From Thermococcus sp. (lineage in GTDB: Archaea; Methanobacteriota_B; Thermococci; Thermococcales; Thermococcaceae): a stretch of 64,000 bases of DNA. Positions 9,099 to 20,300 of the stretch are shown one piece after another. The stretch lies in contig NZ_JAMOQU010000089.1 in the NCBI RefSeq assembly GCF_027063845.1, positions 7,604 through 71,603 of the forward strand. The letters are read 5' to 3'. How positions within the stretch are numbered: position 1 is the stretch's first letter; each line of letters opens with the position of its first letter. The notes under the pieces are model-generated. The model did no database searches, had not been told where the DNA came from, and worked only from the letters and a program-made list of their open reading frames with translations. The position numbers and the translations under genes were made by a program.

Positions 9099-9698
9099 TT
9101 ATAAATTTTTCTCTCCGAGCTTCTCGACGAGACCCCCAAGGACATCCTTGAACGCTGAAGCGTCAATCCACTTGATGCCCATCTTCTGCGCCCACGTCAG
9201 GATTCCAACGTCCGCAGAAACTATCGTCGCGTCCAGCTCTTTGGCGAGAAGGATTAACTCAAAGTCCTCCTTGCTGTCAACGATTCCTTCTCGAAGGGCC
9301 TTGCGGTAGTTCCTCCGGAGCTTCTGGATTATCTTGTCCACGTTGTCCGTCTCGACGACGCTTTCTCGAACGGCCTTCTCTGCAACTCTAAGCCCCTTGT
9401 CAACCCGTCTCCTTATGTCGTCTATGAGCTCGTAAACGACGAAGGCCGGAATCTTGAGGTCGTGCAGGTTGGGGGGCTTCTTGATGATGTAGAGCTCTAT
9501 CTCCGGCTTCAGTTCCTCGTCAACGAAGTGCATGACCTCACGGTAGATACCAGGTGGCATGTAAAACTCCACCTTCCCGAAGAGCTTCTCGGCGTAGTCT
9601 AAGAAGGTCCTCATGGCCTCGGTCGGGTTATCGCCGAAGTCCTTCCGGATTTCGGGGTTGACGAATATGCTCGTGTCGAGGACGAACCTCAGCGTCAT
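9099..9698 (-). CDS. PIN_5/UPF0278 family protein (HARP-type, RNA-free RNase P homolog)
   Basis: FVLDTSIFVNPEI (PIN acidic motif), GLRVAEK, DSKEDFELILLAKELDATIVSADVGILTWAQKMGIK. I recall the same pattern for Aquifex Aq_880-type proteins. ATG 9698 chosen. Confidence 0.6.
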   Translation of the reverse strand: MTLRFVLDTSIFVNPEIRKDFGDNPTEAMRTFLDYAEKLFGKVEFYMPPGIYREVMHFVDEELKPEIELYIIKKPPNLHDLKIPAFVVYELIDDIRRRVDKGLRVAEKAVRESVVETDNVDKIIQKLRRNYRKALREGIVDSKEDFELILLAKELDATIVSADVGILTWAQKMGIKWIDASAFKDVLGGLVEKLGEKNL

Positions 9699-9750
9699 CG
9701 GCCACCACAAGGTTATTTAGGGTCTGGGCTTTAAAAGGTTGGGTGGAAGC

Positions 9751-10959
9751 ATGAAGGTCGGCGTTGCTTTCGGGGTTAGCGAACTCGCGAATCCGAAGTC
9801 GTTTGAGAAGAAGGCCTCCGAGTTCCTCACAACCCTCGCAAAGGACTTCGACGTCGTCGGCGGTTTTATGCTGAGCTCAAAGGCGGACTTTCGGGAGGCC
9901 AAGGAGGAGCTCAACTTCAACGAGGTTGACGCCATAATCCTCTACCCCTTAACGGGTGGAACTGAAGGGTTCCTCAAAGAGTTCTTCGTCTTCAGAAGGC
10001 CCACCGTAATCTTCGGCGACCCCTTCAACAACTCCCTCGCCGCTGGAATCGAAATCAGGGAGTTCCTGCGTGAGCGGCTCGTTCCCTCGACGCTTGTCAA
10101 GGACATGAACGAGCTCAAGGCCGCTTTGCTTGCCTACGAGGATTCCCTCGAAACCCTTGAACCATTCCTCCGGGCCAGGCTCGGCCTCATCGGCAGAATC
10201 TCCCCCTGGCTCGTCAACGAGAAGTTTGAGCTCCCCTACACGAGGATTAGCCTCAAGAAGTTCTACGAGTACTACGATAAGGTGAGTGATGAAGACGGCT
10301 GGAAAGTCGTTGAGGAAATCTTTGAGCGGGCGAGTGAAGTGAAGGAACCCGGAAAAGATGCCTTAACAAAGGCGGGCAGAATCTACCTCGCAATCAAAGA
10401 AATCCTGCGCGATTACAGGCTCGATGGCTTCACGATAGGCTGTTTCGACTTCATAGGCAAGCTCAACGCAACGCCCTGTCTGGCCCTCGCGATGTTCAAC
10501 GCCGAGGGAATTCCAGCGGGCTGTGAGGGCGAGCTGAACTCGCTCCTCGGGATGTACATTGTAAAGAAGTACTTCGATAAGCCCGCCTTCATGGGCAACG
10601 TTGCGGACTTCGGGGAAGACCACGTGATAATCGCCCACTGCACCGCACCCCTGCTCTGGCGCTACCGCTTGAGGAGCCACTTCGAGAGTGGCATAGGTGT
10701 TGGCGTTGACGTCGAGTTTCCGAGGGGGAAGGCGAGCCTCTTCAAGCTCTGCGGGAGGCGTGCGGTGGTTGCGGGCGTTGAGGTTGTCGGAAACGAGCAT
10801 CTTGAGAACAGGTGCAGGACGCAGGTGAAGCTCAGGATTGAGGATGCCCCAGAGTTCCTCGACGGAACACTCGGAAACCACCACTTGATGGCCTACATTG
10901 ACCCTGAAGAACTGGCAGATTTGCTCAGCGAACTGGGCTTTGAGGTTATGCTTTACTGA
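9751..10959 (+). CDS. L-fucose/L-arabinose isomerase-like sugar isomerase family protein
   Basis: Length of about 400 aa. The central CFDF...TPCLALAMFNAEGIPAGCEGELNS region and the late HC...GNHH motifs resemble the fucose-isomerase-like fold. The assignment is tentative. Confidence 0.4.
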   Translation: MKVGVAFGVSELANPKSFEKKASEFLTTLAKDFDVVGGFMLSSKADFREAKEELNFNEVDAIILYPLTGGTEGFLKEFFVFRRPTVIFGDPFNNSLAAGIEIREFLRERLVPSTLVKDMNELKAALLAYEDSLETLEPFLRARLGLIGRISPWLVNEKFELPYTRISLKKFYEYYDKVSDEDGWKVVEEIFERASEVKEPGKDALTKAGRIYLAIKEILRDYRLDGFTIGCFDFIGKLNATPCLALAMFNAEGIPAGCEGELNSLLGMYIVKKYFDKPAFMGNVADFGEDHVIIAHCTAPLLWRYRLRSHFESGIGVGVDVEFPRGKASLFKLCGRRAVVAGVEVVGNEHLENRCRTQVKLRIEDAPEFLDGTLGNHHLMAYIDPEELADLLSELGFEVMLY

Positions 10960-11029
10960 TTTTCTCTTTCGATTCATATACCAAAAGGTTATAGCCACAA
11001 ACGTTCTAAGTTTTTAGGGGGTGAGAGCT

Positions 11030-11203
11030 ATGAGGCCAGCCCAAGCCGCGATAGAGTACCTGTTTATGATTGCCCTTGCGCTGATTATGGTTTATGTAGC
11101 CGTACGTTTAATGCGTCAAACAACAGAACAGGCGACCCAGCAAATAAATAAAACGAGTGAAGAGCTCATCCAGATTCTCCGGAATATGAGCTCTAACGGG
11201 TAG
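11030..11203 (+). CDS. small class III signal peptide (archaeal type IV pilin-like) protein
   Basis: MRPAQAAIEYLFMIALALIMVYV has a short basic leader, the QAAIEYL motif (DUF361-like) and a hydrophobic helix. GGGGGTGA lies upstream of ATG 11030. Confidence 0.6.
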   Translation: MRPAQAAIEYLFMIALALIMVYVAVRLMRQTTEQATQQINKTSEELIQILRNMSSNG

Positions 11204-13493
11204 CTGAGACAATTCCAAGTTTTTCTCCTATCAATGCTGCAGTGAGTACCAAGACAAGGCCAAGTGCCACTATCCCTGGATGTAACGATGCTGCGGCAAA
11301 CGCCACAACTATGAGCGCTACCCTGTATGCTTTGTTGAGGTGCCCTTTCAGCCATCCTGTGAATCCCACCGATAGCATGTAGAGCACGAGTATCGTTGCA
11401 AGAAGGTCATAGACCACCGTCGCCGCCATTTTTATCGTCCAATCGCTGACCGTTATTATGAACATCTCCGGGTGCGTGAAGTAGATGTAGGGGCCGATGT
11501 ATCCCGCTATTGCGTAGCGAACGGCGTTGAGGGCCGTCTTCCAGAAGTCACCGCCTGCCAAGGCCGAACCCGCGTAGCTGGCGAGCGCTACGGGTGGCGT
11601 TATATCTGCAAGGATTCCGAAGTAGAACACGAAGAAGTGCGCCGCGAGGAGGGCTATGGCTGTTCCAAAGCCCGGAACCGGCTGGTTATATGGGGGGACG
11701 GAGCTAACTGCTTGGTAAATCGCGGGCGCCATGACGAGTGATGTTATGATGTAGTTCGCCGTTGTCGGGACGCCCATTCCAAGTATCAGGCTGAAAATCA
11801 TCGTGACTATGAGCAGGAGCCAGAGGTTTCCGCCCGTGAGGTCTGCCAGACGATAGCCGAGGGAGTTGGCGAGGCCGGTTATCGTTAGAGAGCCCTGTAT
11901 AAGTCCAGCACTTGCAGCCGCGAGCATAACGGCTGTGCTCGTCTTTCCTGCCTCTATCATTGACTCGTAGGTCGCCGAGAACATCTCCTTTCCGTCGTGC
12001 GTCTTCGATATCGCTCCAACGATTAGCGAGAAGATTATTCCAAAGATTCCCGTAAGGAAGAGAAGGTTCTCCTTGCTCATGCCGATTGCCTGGTTGAAGG
12101 CTATGAACAGCAGGAACAGCGCCGTTATGTAGAACTTCTCGTTGAACTCCACTTCCTTCTTCAGCGCGCCGAGGACGAAGAGGAGAGCCGTTAGGGCGAC
12201 GAGGAGTGGGTAGCCTTTGCCTACGAACATTATGAACGTTCCGATGAGAACTATTGCCACGTAGAGTGCTTCATTGCCCTTAATCCCGTCTTTGGAAATC
12301 CAGGCAACCCAGATTGCGATTCCCAAGGAGGATATTGCCGCGATGTGAGCCGGGATTCCCCAGACGAGGGCGACCGTTATGACGACTATCGGCAGGAGGA
12401 TGTAGCTCTTCCTCAGGAAGTAGCGTATCGGCTTGAAGTGCTCCTTGGGCATGCCCTTGAGGCCGAGCCTCTTGGTTTCCCTGTCTATGAAGAGGTAAAC
12501 TCCCGAGTAGTAAACGAGGGCCGGAATAACGGCCGCGATGATTATCTTATTGTACGGTATTCCAAGGAACTCCGCCATTATGAAGGCCGCCGCGCCCATT
12601 ATCGGGGGCATTAGCTGGCCACCGGTCGATGCCACAGGTTCAACGGCCCCCGCTATTTCTGGAGGGTAGCCGGCCTTCTTCATCAGCGGTATCGTGAAGG
12701 TTCCGGTGGTAAGGACGTTGGCGACGCTTGAACCGCTGACGGTTCCCATGAGACCGCTCGCTATGACGGCGGCTTTGGCCGGGCCTCCCGGGCGGGAGCC
12801 GAATAAGCTTAACATGAACTCGGTAATGTAGTCGCTTATGCCTATTTTGAGCAGGAAGGCTCCGAAGAATATGAAGGCGAAAACATAAATCGTCATGACG
12901 TAGAGTGGTGTCGCGAAGATTCCCTCGCTGGCGAGGTACATGTGTTCCGTGAACACCATCCAGTTGAAGTTAATGTTCTGAATGGCGTAGCCAAGGAACA
13001 CTATGACGACCAGGGGGAGAACCCAGCCTATCACCCTCCTTGTGGCTTCGAGGACGACGAGTACGGCTATGAGGGCGAATATCACGTCCCTCTGGTAAAC
13101 CGTCGCGTTCTCGGCGTAGCTTGGATACCTGAAGAACAGGTAAAACATCGTTATCAGACTCAGGGCTATGAAAACGTAGTCAATCAATCCAACGTTTTTG
13201 AATCTCTCAGAGCGCCGGAAGGGGTAGAGAAGGTAGGCTATGATAAGAATCATCGCTAGAACGAAAGCCTCTCCCTGCTGGCTCTGGAGTGTGTAGAGAA
13301 GGAAGTTGAGCTTTATTCCAACGCGGGAAAGCATGTCGTAGAGGGCTCCGTTGAAGTTGAAGATGAAGAGAATCTCGTATATTCCAATGAGCACCGCCGA
13401 TACCGTCACGACCATTTCAAGCTTTGGGGGCAGTTTTCTCGTCCTGCTTATTACCTCCTCAAGTTCCTCAACTTCCACATGCTTCTCTTCCAA
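11193..13493 (-). CDS. TRAP transporter fused (DctQM-type) permease, TAXI-associated
   Basis: Polytopic protein of about 770 aa downstream of a TAXI receptor and a DUF1850 gene. A TTG at 13493 with GGAGGTG 5 nt upstream follows the DUF1850 stop directly. Confidence 0.85.
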   Translation of the reverse strand: MEEKHVEVEELEEVISRTRKLPPKLEMVVTVSAVLIGIYEILFIFNFNGALYDMLSRVGIKLNFLLYTLQSQQGEAFVLAMILIIAYLLYPFRRSERFKNVGLIDYVFIALSLITMFYLFFRYPSYAENATVYQRDVIFALIAVLVVLEATRRVIGWVLPLVVIVFLGYAIQNINFNWMVFTEHMYLASEGIFATPLYVMTIYVFAFIFFGAFLLKIGISDYITEFMLSLFGSRPGGPAKAAVIASGLMGTVSGSSVANVLTTGTFTIPLMKKAGYPPEIAGAVEPVASTGGQLMPPIMGAAAFIMAEFLGIPYNKIIIAAVIPALVYYSGVYLFIDRETKRLGLKGMPKEHFKPIRYFLRKSYILLPIVVITVALVWGIPAHIAAISSLGIAIWVAWISKDGIKGNEALYVAIVLIGTFIMFVGKGYPLLVALTALLFVLGALKKEVEFNEKFYITALFLLFIAFNQAIGMSKENLLFLTGIFGIIFSLIVGAISKTHDGKEMFSATYESMIEAGKTSTAVMLAAASAGLIQGSLTITGLANSLGYRLADLTGGNLWLLLIVTMIFSLILGMGVPTTANYIITSLVMAPAIYQAVSSVPPYNQPVPGFGTAIALLAAHFFVFYFGILADITPPVALASYAGSALAGGDFWKTALNAVRYAIAGYIGPYIYFTHPEMFIITVSDWTIKMAATVVYDLLATILVLYMLSVGFTGWLKGHLNKAYRVALIVVAFAAASLHPGIVALGLVLVLTAALIGEKLGIVSATR

Positions 13494-13495
13494 AG

Positions 13496-13951
13496 TTAAC
13501 ACCTCCCTAAGGCTGTGAGAATCAGGGGGCACCTCTCAACCCGGAAATGTACGAGTCCCGGGGTCGGTGGCCTGATTACAGACGCGTTGTTCACGACGAT
13601 TTGAGGCCGGTTGAAGGGTATGAACCAGTAGTCGAGGCTCTTCCCGAGGGGCTGGTTGATGACCTTGTAGTAATAGTCGCCCTCCCTGCCCTGGATGTCC
13701 TCCGGAAGGCCGGCCCCGAAGTCCTTCCAGAGCATCTTCCTGACGAACATCCCGCTCGAGTTGACCTCGATTACCTCGACTACCTCGCTGTGTTCCACAC
13801 TGTGGTTGTACTCAATCCTAAGCCAGACTTCACCGAGGTGATAAACATACGAGGATGATTCAGTCGTTATCACCAGGGAATTAACAGGAAAAACGGATGT
13901 GACAAGGAGTAAGATGACAAAAAAGAAAAGGGTCCTTTTCAAGACCCTCAC
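13496..13951 (-). CDS. DUF1850 domain protein (TAXI-TRAP operon)
   Basis: N-terminal TM, then the NHSVEHS and FGAGLPED motifs characteristic of DUF1850. It lies between the TAXI receptor and the permease. Confidence 0.75.
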   Translation of the reverse strand: MRVLKRTLFFFVILLLVTSVFPVNSLVITTESSSYVYHLGEVWLRIEYNHSVEHSEVVEVIEVNSSGMFVRKMLWKDFGAGLPEDIQGREGDYYYKVINQPLGKSLDYWFIPFNRPQIVVNNASVIRPPTPGLVHFRVERCPLILTALGRC

Positions 13952-14988
13952 CCGCTCGGTGGCTTGATATTGTCAGGGACGTTGAGGCCCTTCTCTTCAT
14001 AGTATTTGTAGGCACCTGGGTGGAGCGGTATGCTCATACCGTCGAGGGCCGTGTCGAGGCTTATGTACTTGGCCTTCTGGTGGACCGCGCGGAGCTGATC
14101 AACGTTGTCGAAGAGCACCTTGGTCATATCGTAGACGACGTTCTCTGGAAGGTCGGCGCTGACGACGAGGATTGCCTTGACGGCGAGGGTTGGCGTGTCC
14201 TCAGTCATTCCCTTGTAGGTGTCCTTCGGGAGAACCTGCCTGACGTAGAAGATGTAGCCCTCGCTCTTGAGCTTGTTGAGAATATCGTCCGATATTGGGA
14301 TGACTCTAACGGGCGTTGTAACGGCTATCTGGGTTATGGCCGGGGTCGGGGCTCCGGAAACTATTACAGCCGCGTCAATCTGGCCGAGCTTGAGGGCCTG
14401 GGCGGCCTGGCTGAACTTCTGGTTGACCTTCTGAATCTTGTCCCAGACGCCAGCCGCCTTAAGAATCTGTTCGGCCGCAACGGCCGTTCCGCTTCCCGGA
14501 GCACCTATTGCAACTTTCTTTCCGGCCAAGTCCTGAAGGCTCTTTATGTCGCTGTCCGCCCTAACAACGAACTGGACCGTCTCAGGGTAGAGTGCCGCGA
14601 CACCGCGAAGCTTCTTTATCGCGCTTCCCTCAAACATGTAAAGGCCGTTGTAGGCATAGTAAGCCACGTCGTTCTGCATAATCGCGGCCTGGGCGTTGCC
14701 GTCGCCGATGGCCTTGGCGTTAGAAACGCTTGCACCGCTGGTAACAGCCTTAGCTTTTATGCCCGCCTTGTTAAGGAGCTCCGCGTATTTGGAGCCCAAC
14801 GGATAGTAGACTCCGCTGGTTCCTCCAGTGTAGATTGTTATGGTCCCTGTGTAGGTCGTTTCCCCGGACGTTCCCGAGGTTCCGGTCTGGGTTCCCGTCT
14901 GGCTTTCGCTTCCTTCGCCCATACAGCCGGCCACGAACACTGACAGTATCAATACGGCCACGAGGGCCAGGGTTGTTAACCTCTTCAA
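13948..14988 (-). CDS. TRAP transporter solute receptor, TAXI family (lipoprotein)
   Basis: Lipobox VAGC and a Thr/Gly/Ser linker. GGTSGVYYPLG, TSGASVSN, IMQNDVAYYA and DLAGKKVAIGAPGSGT match TAXI hallmarks. TTG 14988 follows GGAGGTG. Confidence 0.85.
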   Translation of the reverse strand: MKRLTTLALVAVLILSVFVAGCMGEGSESQTGTQTGTSGTSGETTYTGTITIYTGGTSGVYYPLGSKYAELLNKAGIKAKAVTSGASVSNAKAIGDGNAQAAIMQNDVAYYAYNGLYMFEGSAIKKLRGVAALYPETVQFVVRADSDIKSLQDLAGKKVAIGAPGSGTAVAAEQILKAAGVWDKIQKVNQKFSQAAQALKLGQIDAAVIVSGAPTPAITQIAVTTPVRVIPISDDILNKLKSEGYIFYVRQVLPKDTYKGMTEDTPTLAVKAILVVSADLPENVVYDMTKVLFDNVDQLRAVHQKAKYISLDTALDGMSIPLHPGAYKYYEEKGLNVPDNIKPPSG

Positions 14989-15216
14989 ACCACACACCTC
15001 CACATCAATGTACACAATATGGCTATATGGCCATATTGGTCTATTAGTGTACTTTTCCTTTTTAAATAGTTTGCGTTACAACTTCGAAAAACCTACGAGC
15101 CATGTTTTATTGTTACTACTCAATTTTCGAAGGTAAATGGGTATATTTTGCACACTCTCGCGGCTATCCCCATAACGTTTTATAACCTCCCCGCTAACCT
15201 GGCCCCGGTGGAAGCC

Positions 15217-16035
15217 ATGAAGGTCATCATGACCACGAAAATCGACAGGGCTTCGATGAACATAATGGAGAAGCTCATCGAGAACTTCGGGTTCAAGGAA
15301 ACCGACATGGTCTTCGACGGTAACCCAGTTTACAGGAACGGGGAGACGCTGATACTCACGACCAACGACGAGATGATTTACTACGACAACCTCGACAAGG
15401 CTATAGATGCCCAGCTCGGTTTTATGCCCGAGGTGATAGCCTTCGCCTCTAGGCATTCGAGCAAGCAGAAGTTACCGGCACTGACGACCCATGTAACTGG
15501 CAACTGGGGAAAGGCCATGTACGGCGGGAAGGACAAGAGTTTAGCGATAGCGTTGCCGAGTGCAATGAAGCTTGCCCTCCTCAAGATGAACGAGCTAAAC
15601 GACCTCGGCTGGACCGTCTGCTACGAAGCAACGCACCACGGACCGAGCGAGCTCGGAGTTCCGAGCTTCTTCATAGAGATTGGTTCGAGCGAGGAGGAGT
15701 GGGTAAACAACAGGGCGGGCGAGATAATAGCCGAGACAATCGTTTACGTCCTTGAGAACTACGAAAAAGCTAAGTTCAAGGTTGCCATCGGAATAGGCGG
15801 CGGCCACTATGCACCGAAGCAGACGAAGCGTGCCCTTGAGACCGACATAGCCTTCGGCCACATAGCCCCGAAGTACGCGCATCCCCTCTCCCGGGAGATG
15901 TTCCGGAAGGCCATTGAGAGAACCGCCGAGAAGGTCGAGGCGATATACGTTGACTGGAAGGGTAGCAAGGGTGAGACGAGGCAACTCGCGAGGTCGCTGG
16001 CGGAGGAGCTCGGCCTTGAGTTTATCAGGGACTGA
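15217..16035 (+). CDS. dtdA: D-aminoacyl-tRNA deacylase, archaeal DTD2 type
   Basis: About 272 aa. The regions [17 protein letters not shown] and YEATHHGPS match the DTD2 family. ATG 15217 follows GGTGG. Confidence 0.75.
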   Translation: MKVIMTTKIDRASMNIMEKLIENFGFKETDMVFDGNPVYRNGETLILTTNDEMIYYDNLDKAIDAQLGFMPEVIAFASRHSSKQKLPALTTHVTGNWGKAMYGGKDKSLAIALPSAMKLALLKMNELNDLGWTVCYEATHHGPSELGVPSFFIEIGSSEEEWVNNRAGEIIAETIVYVLENYEKAKFKVAIGIGGGHYAPKQTKRALETDIAFGHIAPKYAHPLSREMFRKAIERTAEKVEAIYVDWKGSKGETRQLARSLAEELGLEFIRD

Positions 16036-16150
16036 GCCGAAACCTTTAAAGAGACTACGGGCCAGTTAAGTTCAGTTTCGGGTTAGCTAAGTTTATATAC
16101 CACTCCCATACAAACTCCAAAGGGTGTTAAACTCTTCGGAGGGTGAAAAG

Positions 16151-17272
16151 ATGCTGAAGCTGATTGAGGACGCCATCGAGAGAACCTCGGCGGCCCAGCC
16201 CAAGGCCGTTCCGGAGGTTCAGCCCCAGTCGGACATAGATGAGGAGCTTAAGAAGCTCCTTGAGCAGATTCAGGCCAAGATATACGTCGTCGGTGTCGGC
16301 GGTGCCGGTTGTAACACCGTTAACAGGATGATGCAGGTTGGAATCGAGGGTGCTAAGATAATCGCAATAAACACCGATGCACAGGATTTGCTCAAGATTA
16401 GGGCCCACAAGAAGATACTCATCGGAAAAGAGCTTACCAGAGGCCTTGGTGCCGGCAACAACCCCAAGATGGGTGAGGAAGCCGCAAAGGAGAGCGAGAG
16501 GGAAATCAGGGAGGCCCTTGAAGGCGCGGACATGGTATTCATCACCTGCGGTCTCGGTGGAGGAACCGGAACCGGTGCAGCACCAGTAGTCGCAGAGATA
16601 GCCAAGAAGATGGGTGCCCTGACCGTTGCCGTGGTTACCCTTCCGTTCACCGTTGAGGGCATCAGGCGCATCAAGAACGCCGAGTATGGTCTCGAGAGGC
16701 TCAGGAAGAACACCGACACCGTCATCGTCATCCCGAACGACAAGCTCATGGAGGTTGCCCCGAACCTGCCGATTCACATGGCCTTTAAAGTTGCGGACGA
16801 GATACTCGTCCAGGCCGTCAAGGGCATCACCGAGCTCATCACCAAGCCAGGTCTTGTCAACCTCGACTTCAACGACGTGAGAGCAGTCATGAAGGACGGC
16901 GGCGTTGCGATGATAGGCATCGGCGAGAGCGACAGCGAGAAGAGGGCTTTGGAGGCCGCCCAGCAGGCACTCAACAGTCCGCTCCTCGACGTTGACATCA
17001 GCGGTGCCAAGGGCGCTCTCATAAGCATCAGCGGAAGCGACGTCAAGCTCGAGGAGGCCCAGCAGATTATCGAACTCGTCACCAGCAAGCTTGACCCGGA
17101 GGCGCAGGTCATCTGGGGTATCCAGCTTGACGAGGAGCTCGGCAAGATGATTAGAATCCTCCTCGTTGTCACCGGCGTCAGCTCGCCGTATGCCGTCGCC
17201 GAGGAAGAGGAGAAGTCCTACTTCGGCGAAGAAGAGAAGAGAACAATCAAGCTCGACCTTGACGAGCTTTGA
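16151..17272 (+). CDS. ftsZ: cell division protein FtsZ
   Basis: [13 protein letters not shown] and the tubulin signature [22 protein letters not shown] lies before ATG 16151. Confidence 0.97.
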   Translation: MLKLIEDAIERTSAAQPKAVPEVQPQSDIDEELKKLLEQIQAKIYVVGVGGAGCNTVNRMMQVGIEGAKIIAINTDAQDLLKIRAHKKILIGKELTRGLGAGNNPKMGEEAAKESEREIREALEGADMVFITCGLGGGTGTGAAPVVAEIAKKMGALTVAVVTLPFTVEGIRRIKNAEYGLERLRKNTDTVIVIPNDKLMEVAPNLPIHMAFKVADEILVQAVKGITELITKPGLVNLDFNDVRAVMKDGGVAMIGIGESDSEKRALEAAQQALNSPLLDVDISGAKGALISISGSDVKLEEAQQIIELVTSKLDPEAQVIWGIQLDEELGKMIRILLVVTGVSSPYAVAEEEEKSYFGEEEKRTIKLDLDEL

Positions 17273-17293
17273 ATCCTTTAAACTTTTAGAGGG

Positions 17294-17488
17294 GTGAATG
17301 AAGTGACGAGCACCGTCGAGAAGATTAAAACGTTCCTCTCAGAGTCCAAGAGGGTACTCCTCGTTACGAGAAAGCCAGGAATGAAGGAGTTTAAGCTGGC
17401 CGTCAAGATTACCGGTATTGGAATGATTCTCATAGGCCTTATAGGAATGCTCATTAGGATGGTCGGTTACTTCATCACGGGCTCGTGA
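17294..17488 (+). CDS. secE: preprotein translocase subunit SecE (Sec61 gamma)
   Basis: 64 aa with a single C-terminal [13 protein letters not shown] motif. Conserved position upstream of spt5-rpl11. Confidence 0.85.
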   Translation: MNEVTSTVEKIKTFLSESKRVLLVTRKPGMKEFKLAVKITGIGMILIGLIGMLIRMVGYFITGS

Positions 17489-17498
17489 GGGTTGCGCC

Positions 17499-17957
17499 AT
17501 GAGCGAGGGAAAGATATTCACCGTCAGCGTTACCGTAGGTCAGGAAACCACGACCGCGAACCTCGTTTACAGCAAGGCTAAGACTTACAACATCCCTATT
17601 CAGGCCATCCTTGCACCAAGCAAGGTTAAGGGGTACATATTTGTGGAGGCCCCAAACAAGAGCGCCGTTGACGAGGCTATAAGGGGAATCCGCCACGCGA
17701 AGCGCGTTCTCCCCGGTGAGATTCCCTTCCACGAGATAGAGCACTTCCTCGAGGAGAAGCCAGCGGTTAGTGGCTTCGAGCCCGGCGACATCGTCGAGCT
17801 CATAGCCGGCCCGTTCAAGGGTGAGAAGGCCAAGGTCGTCAGGGTTGACGAGAGCAAGGACGAAATTGTCGTCGAGCTCATAGGCTCAATCGTCCCGATA
17901 CCGGTCACGGTGAGGGGCGAATACGTTAGACTTATAAGCAAACGCCAGAAGGAGTGA
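17499..17957 (+). CDS. spt5: transcription elongation factor Spt5 (NusG)
   Basis: NGN domain plus a KOW motif ([18 protein letters not shown]). Synteny secE-spt5-rpl11. Confidence 0.93.
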   Translation: MSEGKIFTVSVTVGQETTTANLVYSKAKTYNIPIQAILAPSKVKGYIFVEAPNKSAVDEAIRGIRHAKRVLPGEIPFHEIEHFLEEKPAVSGFEPGDIVELIAGPFKGEKAKVVRVDESKDEIVVELIGSIVPIPVTVRGEYVRLISKRQKE

Positions 17958-17991
17958 CAGGCCCGAGACAAAAGTAAAGGTGGTGAGATGA

Positions 17992-18483
17992 ATGCCACAG
18001 GTTGTCGAAGTCCTCGTTGAAGGTGGAAAGGCCACACCCGGACCCCCGCTCGGTCCGGCCATCGGTCCCCTTGGACTGAACGTTAAGCAGGTCGTTGACG
18101 AGATAAACAAGGCCACTAAAGAATTCGAGGGAATGCAGGTTCCCGTCAAGATTATCGTTGAGGACCCCAAGAAGAAGACCTTCAGGATTGAGGTCGGTAT
18201 TCCGCCAACCAGCCAGCTCATCAAGAAAGAACTCGGCATTCCGAAGGGCTCAAGCGAAGCTGGCCACACTCCGGTCGGGAACCTCACCATGGAGCAGGTC
18301 GTCAAGATAGCCAAGATGAAGATTGACCAGATGCTCTCACCGACCCTCAAGGCTGCAGCGAAAGAAGTCATAGGAACCGCCCTCAGCATGGGCGTTACCG
18401 TCGAAGGCAAGGACCCGAGGGAAGTTCAGAGGGAAATTGACGAAGGACTCTACGACGAGATTTTTGAGAAAGCCGAGGAGTGA
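17992..18483 (+). CDS. rpl11: 50S ribosomal protein L11 (uL11)
   Basis: [20 protein letters not shown] signature. Confidence 0.96.
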   Translation: MPQVVEVLVEGGKATPGPPLGPAIGPLGLNVKQVVDEINKATKEFEGMQVPVKIIVEDPKKKTFRIEVGIPPTSQLIKKELGIPKGSSEAGHTPVGNLTMEQVVKIAKMKIDQMLSPTLKAAAKEVIGTALSMGVTVEGKDPREVQREIDEGLYDEIFEKAEE

Positions 18484-18562
18484 GGGAAAACTTTAAAAAT
18501 CCCTCCTTTTACGCATCTTTGACTTTTTCGGCTCAAATCGAAAACGAAAGGGAGGGCTGTAA

Positions 18563-19213
18563 ATGGCCTTCGACAGGCAGAAACTCGTGGAAGCGGTGAA
18601 GGAGGCGAAGGCCCGGGCTAAGCCGCGCAACTTCACACAGACCGTCGAGATAGCAGTCAACCTCAAGGATATCGACCTCCGCAAGCCGGAGAACAGGTTT
18701 AAGCTTGAGGTTGTACTGCCCCACGGTCGTGGGAAGGAGCCAAAAATCGCGGTCATCGCTGATGGTGCCGTGGCTGAGGCGGCTAAAAAGCTCGGGCTTG
18801 ATGTGATTAGTGGAGAACAGCTTGAGGAGATAGCGAAGAGCCCGAGGGAAGCGAGGAAGCTGGCGAAGCGCTACGACTTCTTCATTGCCGCAGCTCCGCT
18901 GATGCCCAAGATAGGTAAGTACCTCGGTAGGTACCTCGGTCCGAGGAACAAGATGCCGCAGGTCGTTCCGCCGACCATGACCAACCTCGAGCCCATAGTC
19001 AACAGGCTCAAGAAGACCGTCAGAATACAGCTCAAGAACAACCCGGTTGTCCACGCCCCGATAGGCACAGAGGACATGGACGACGAGAAGCTCGCTGAGA
19101 ACGCCGAGGCGGTTCTCAACGCCATTATCAACAAGCTCGAGCGCGGAGAGAACCAGGTAAAGTCAGTGTACGTGAAGACCACAATGGGCCCGGCCGTTAA
19201 GGTTGAGAGGTGA
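18563..19213 (+). CDS. rpl1: 50S ribosomal protein L1 (uL1)
   Basis: Typical uL1 sequence and position. Own TATA (CTTTAAAAATCC, about 18491). Confidence 0.95.
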   Translation: MAFDRQKLVEAVKEAKARAKPRNFTQTVEIAVNLKDIDLRKPENRFKLEVVLPHGRGKEPKIAVIADGAVAEAAKKLGLDVISGEQLEEIAKSPREARKLAKRYDFFIAAAPLMPKIGKYLGRYLGPRNKMPQVVPPTMTNLEPIVNRLKKTVRIQLKNNPVVHAPIGTEDMDDEKLAENAEAVLNAIINKLERGENQVKSVYVKTTMGPAVKVER

Positions 19214-19218
19214 GGGAG

Positions 19219-20241
19219 ATGGCCCACGTAGCCGAGTGGAAGAAGAAGGAAGTTGAGGAACTCACCAAGATTATCAAGAGCCACCCAGTGATTGCCCTCG
19301 TTGACGTGGCCGGTGTCCCCGCTTACCCGCTCAGCAAGATGCGTGACAAGCTCCGCGGGAAGGCCCTTCTCAGGGTCAGCAGGAACACCCTCATCGAACT
19401 GGCCATAAAGAGGGCCGCCCAGGAGCTCAACAAGCCTGACCTCGAAAAGCTCGCCGACTACATCGAGGGAGGAGCGGCGATACTCGCCACCGAGATGAAC
19501 CCCTTCAAGCTCTACAAGCTCCTCGAGGAGAGCAAGACCCCTGCCCCGGCCAAGCCAGGAGCGGTCGTTCCCAAGGACGTCGTCATTCCAGCCGGACCGA
19601 CCTCGATTCCACCGGGCCCGCTCGTCGGTGAGATGCAGGCCCTTGGAATCCCGGCGAGGATTGAGAAGGGTAAGGTTAGCATTCAGAAGGACTACACCGT
19701 CCTCAAGGCGGGAGAGGTTATAACCGAACAGCTCGCGAGAATCCTCAACGCCCTCGGTATCGAGCCCCTCGAGGTCGGTCTCAACCTGCTCGCCGCTTAC
19801 GAAGACGGCATCGTCTACACTCCTGATGTCCTCGCGATAGACGAGCAGGAGTACATCAACATGCTCCAGCAGGCCTACATGCACGCATTCAACCTGTCAG
19901 TTAACACCGCCTATCCGACCAAGCAGACCATCGAAGCCATCATCCAGAAGGCCTACCTTGGTGCCAAGAACGTTGCAGTCGAAGCTGGCTACATCACGCC
20001 TGAGACCATCGAGGACATCTTTGGCAGGGCCCTTCGTGCCGTCCTGCTCATAGCGCAGAACCTGCCCGAGGAGTTGCTTGACGAGAAGACCAAAGAGCTT
20101 TTAAACGCTCAGGCCCAAGTGGCCGTTGCCGCGGCTCCTCAGCCAACCGAGGAGAAGGTTGAGGAGGCCGAGGAAGAAGAGGAAGAAGAGGAGGCATCCG
20201 AGGAGGATGCGCTCGCCGGACTGGGCGCCCTCTTCGGCTGA
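19219..20241 (+). CDS. rplP0: 50S ribosomal protein L10/P0 (uL10)
   Basis: P0 N-domain, with acidic tail [21 protein letters not shown] shared with P1. Confidence 0.95.
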   Translation: MAHVAEWKKKEVEELTKIIKSHPVIALVDVAGVPAYPLSKMRDKLRGKALLRVSRNTLIELAIKRAAQELNKPDLEKLADYIEGGAAILATEMNPFKLYKLLEESKTPAPAKPGAVVPKDVVIPAGPTSIPPGPLVGEMQALGIPARIEKGKVSIQKDYTVLKAGEVITEQLARILNALGIEPLEVGLNLLAAYEDGIVYTPDVLAIDEQEYINMLQQAYMHAFNLSVNTAYPTKQTIEAIIQKAYLGAKNVAVEAGYITPETIEDIFGRALRAVLLIAQNLPEELLDEKTKELLNAQAQVAVAAAPQPTEEKVEEAEEEEEEEEASEEDALAGLGALFG

Positions 20242-20300
20242 ATTACTTTCCCTCGCACACGTGTGAATAAAGGAATGAAGATGATTGGAGGTGTGAAAAG

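Noticed and set aside
10363-10998. Large antisense or alternative-frame ORFs inside well-supported genes. Other examples: 14020-14943, 16127-16777, 18871-19884, 33199-34026, 34033-34836, 40426-41031, 40521-41375, 44817-45779, 51729-52457, 54083-54730 and 60045-60908.
   Set aside because: They are typical shadow ORFs of GC-rich coding DNA. They have Arg/Gly/Pro/Val-rich low-information translations and no start context, and each is fully nested in a gene with strong motif support.
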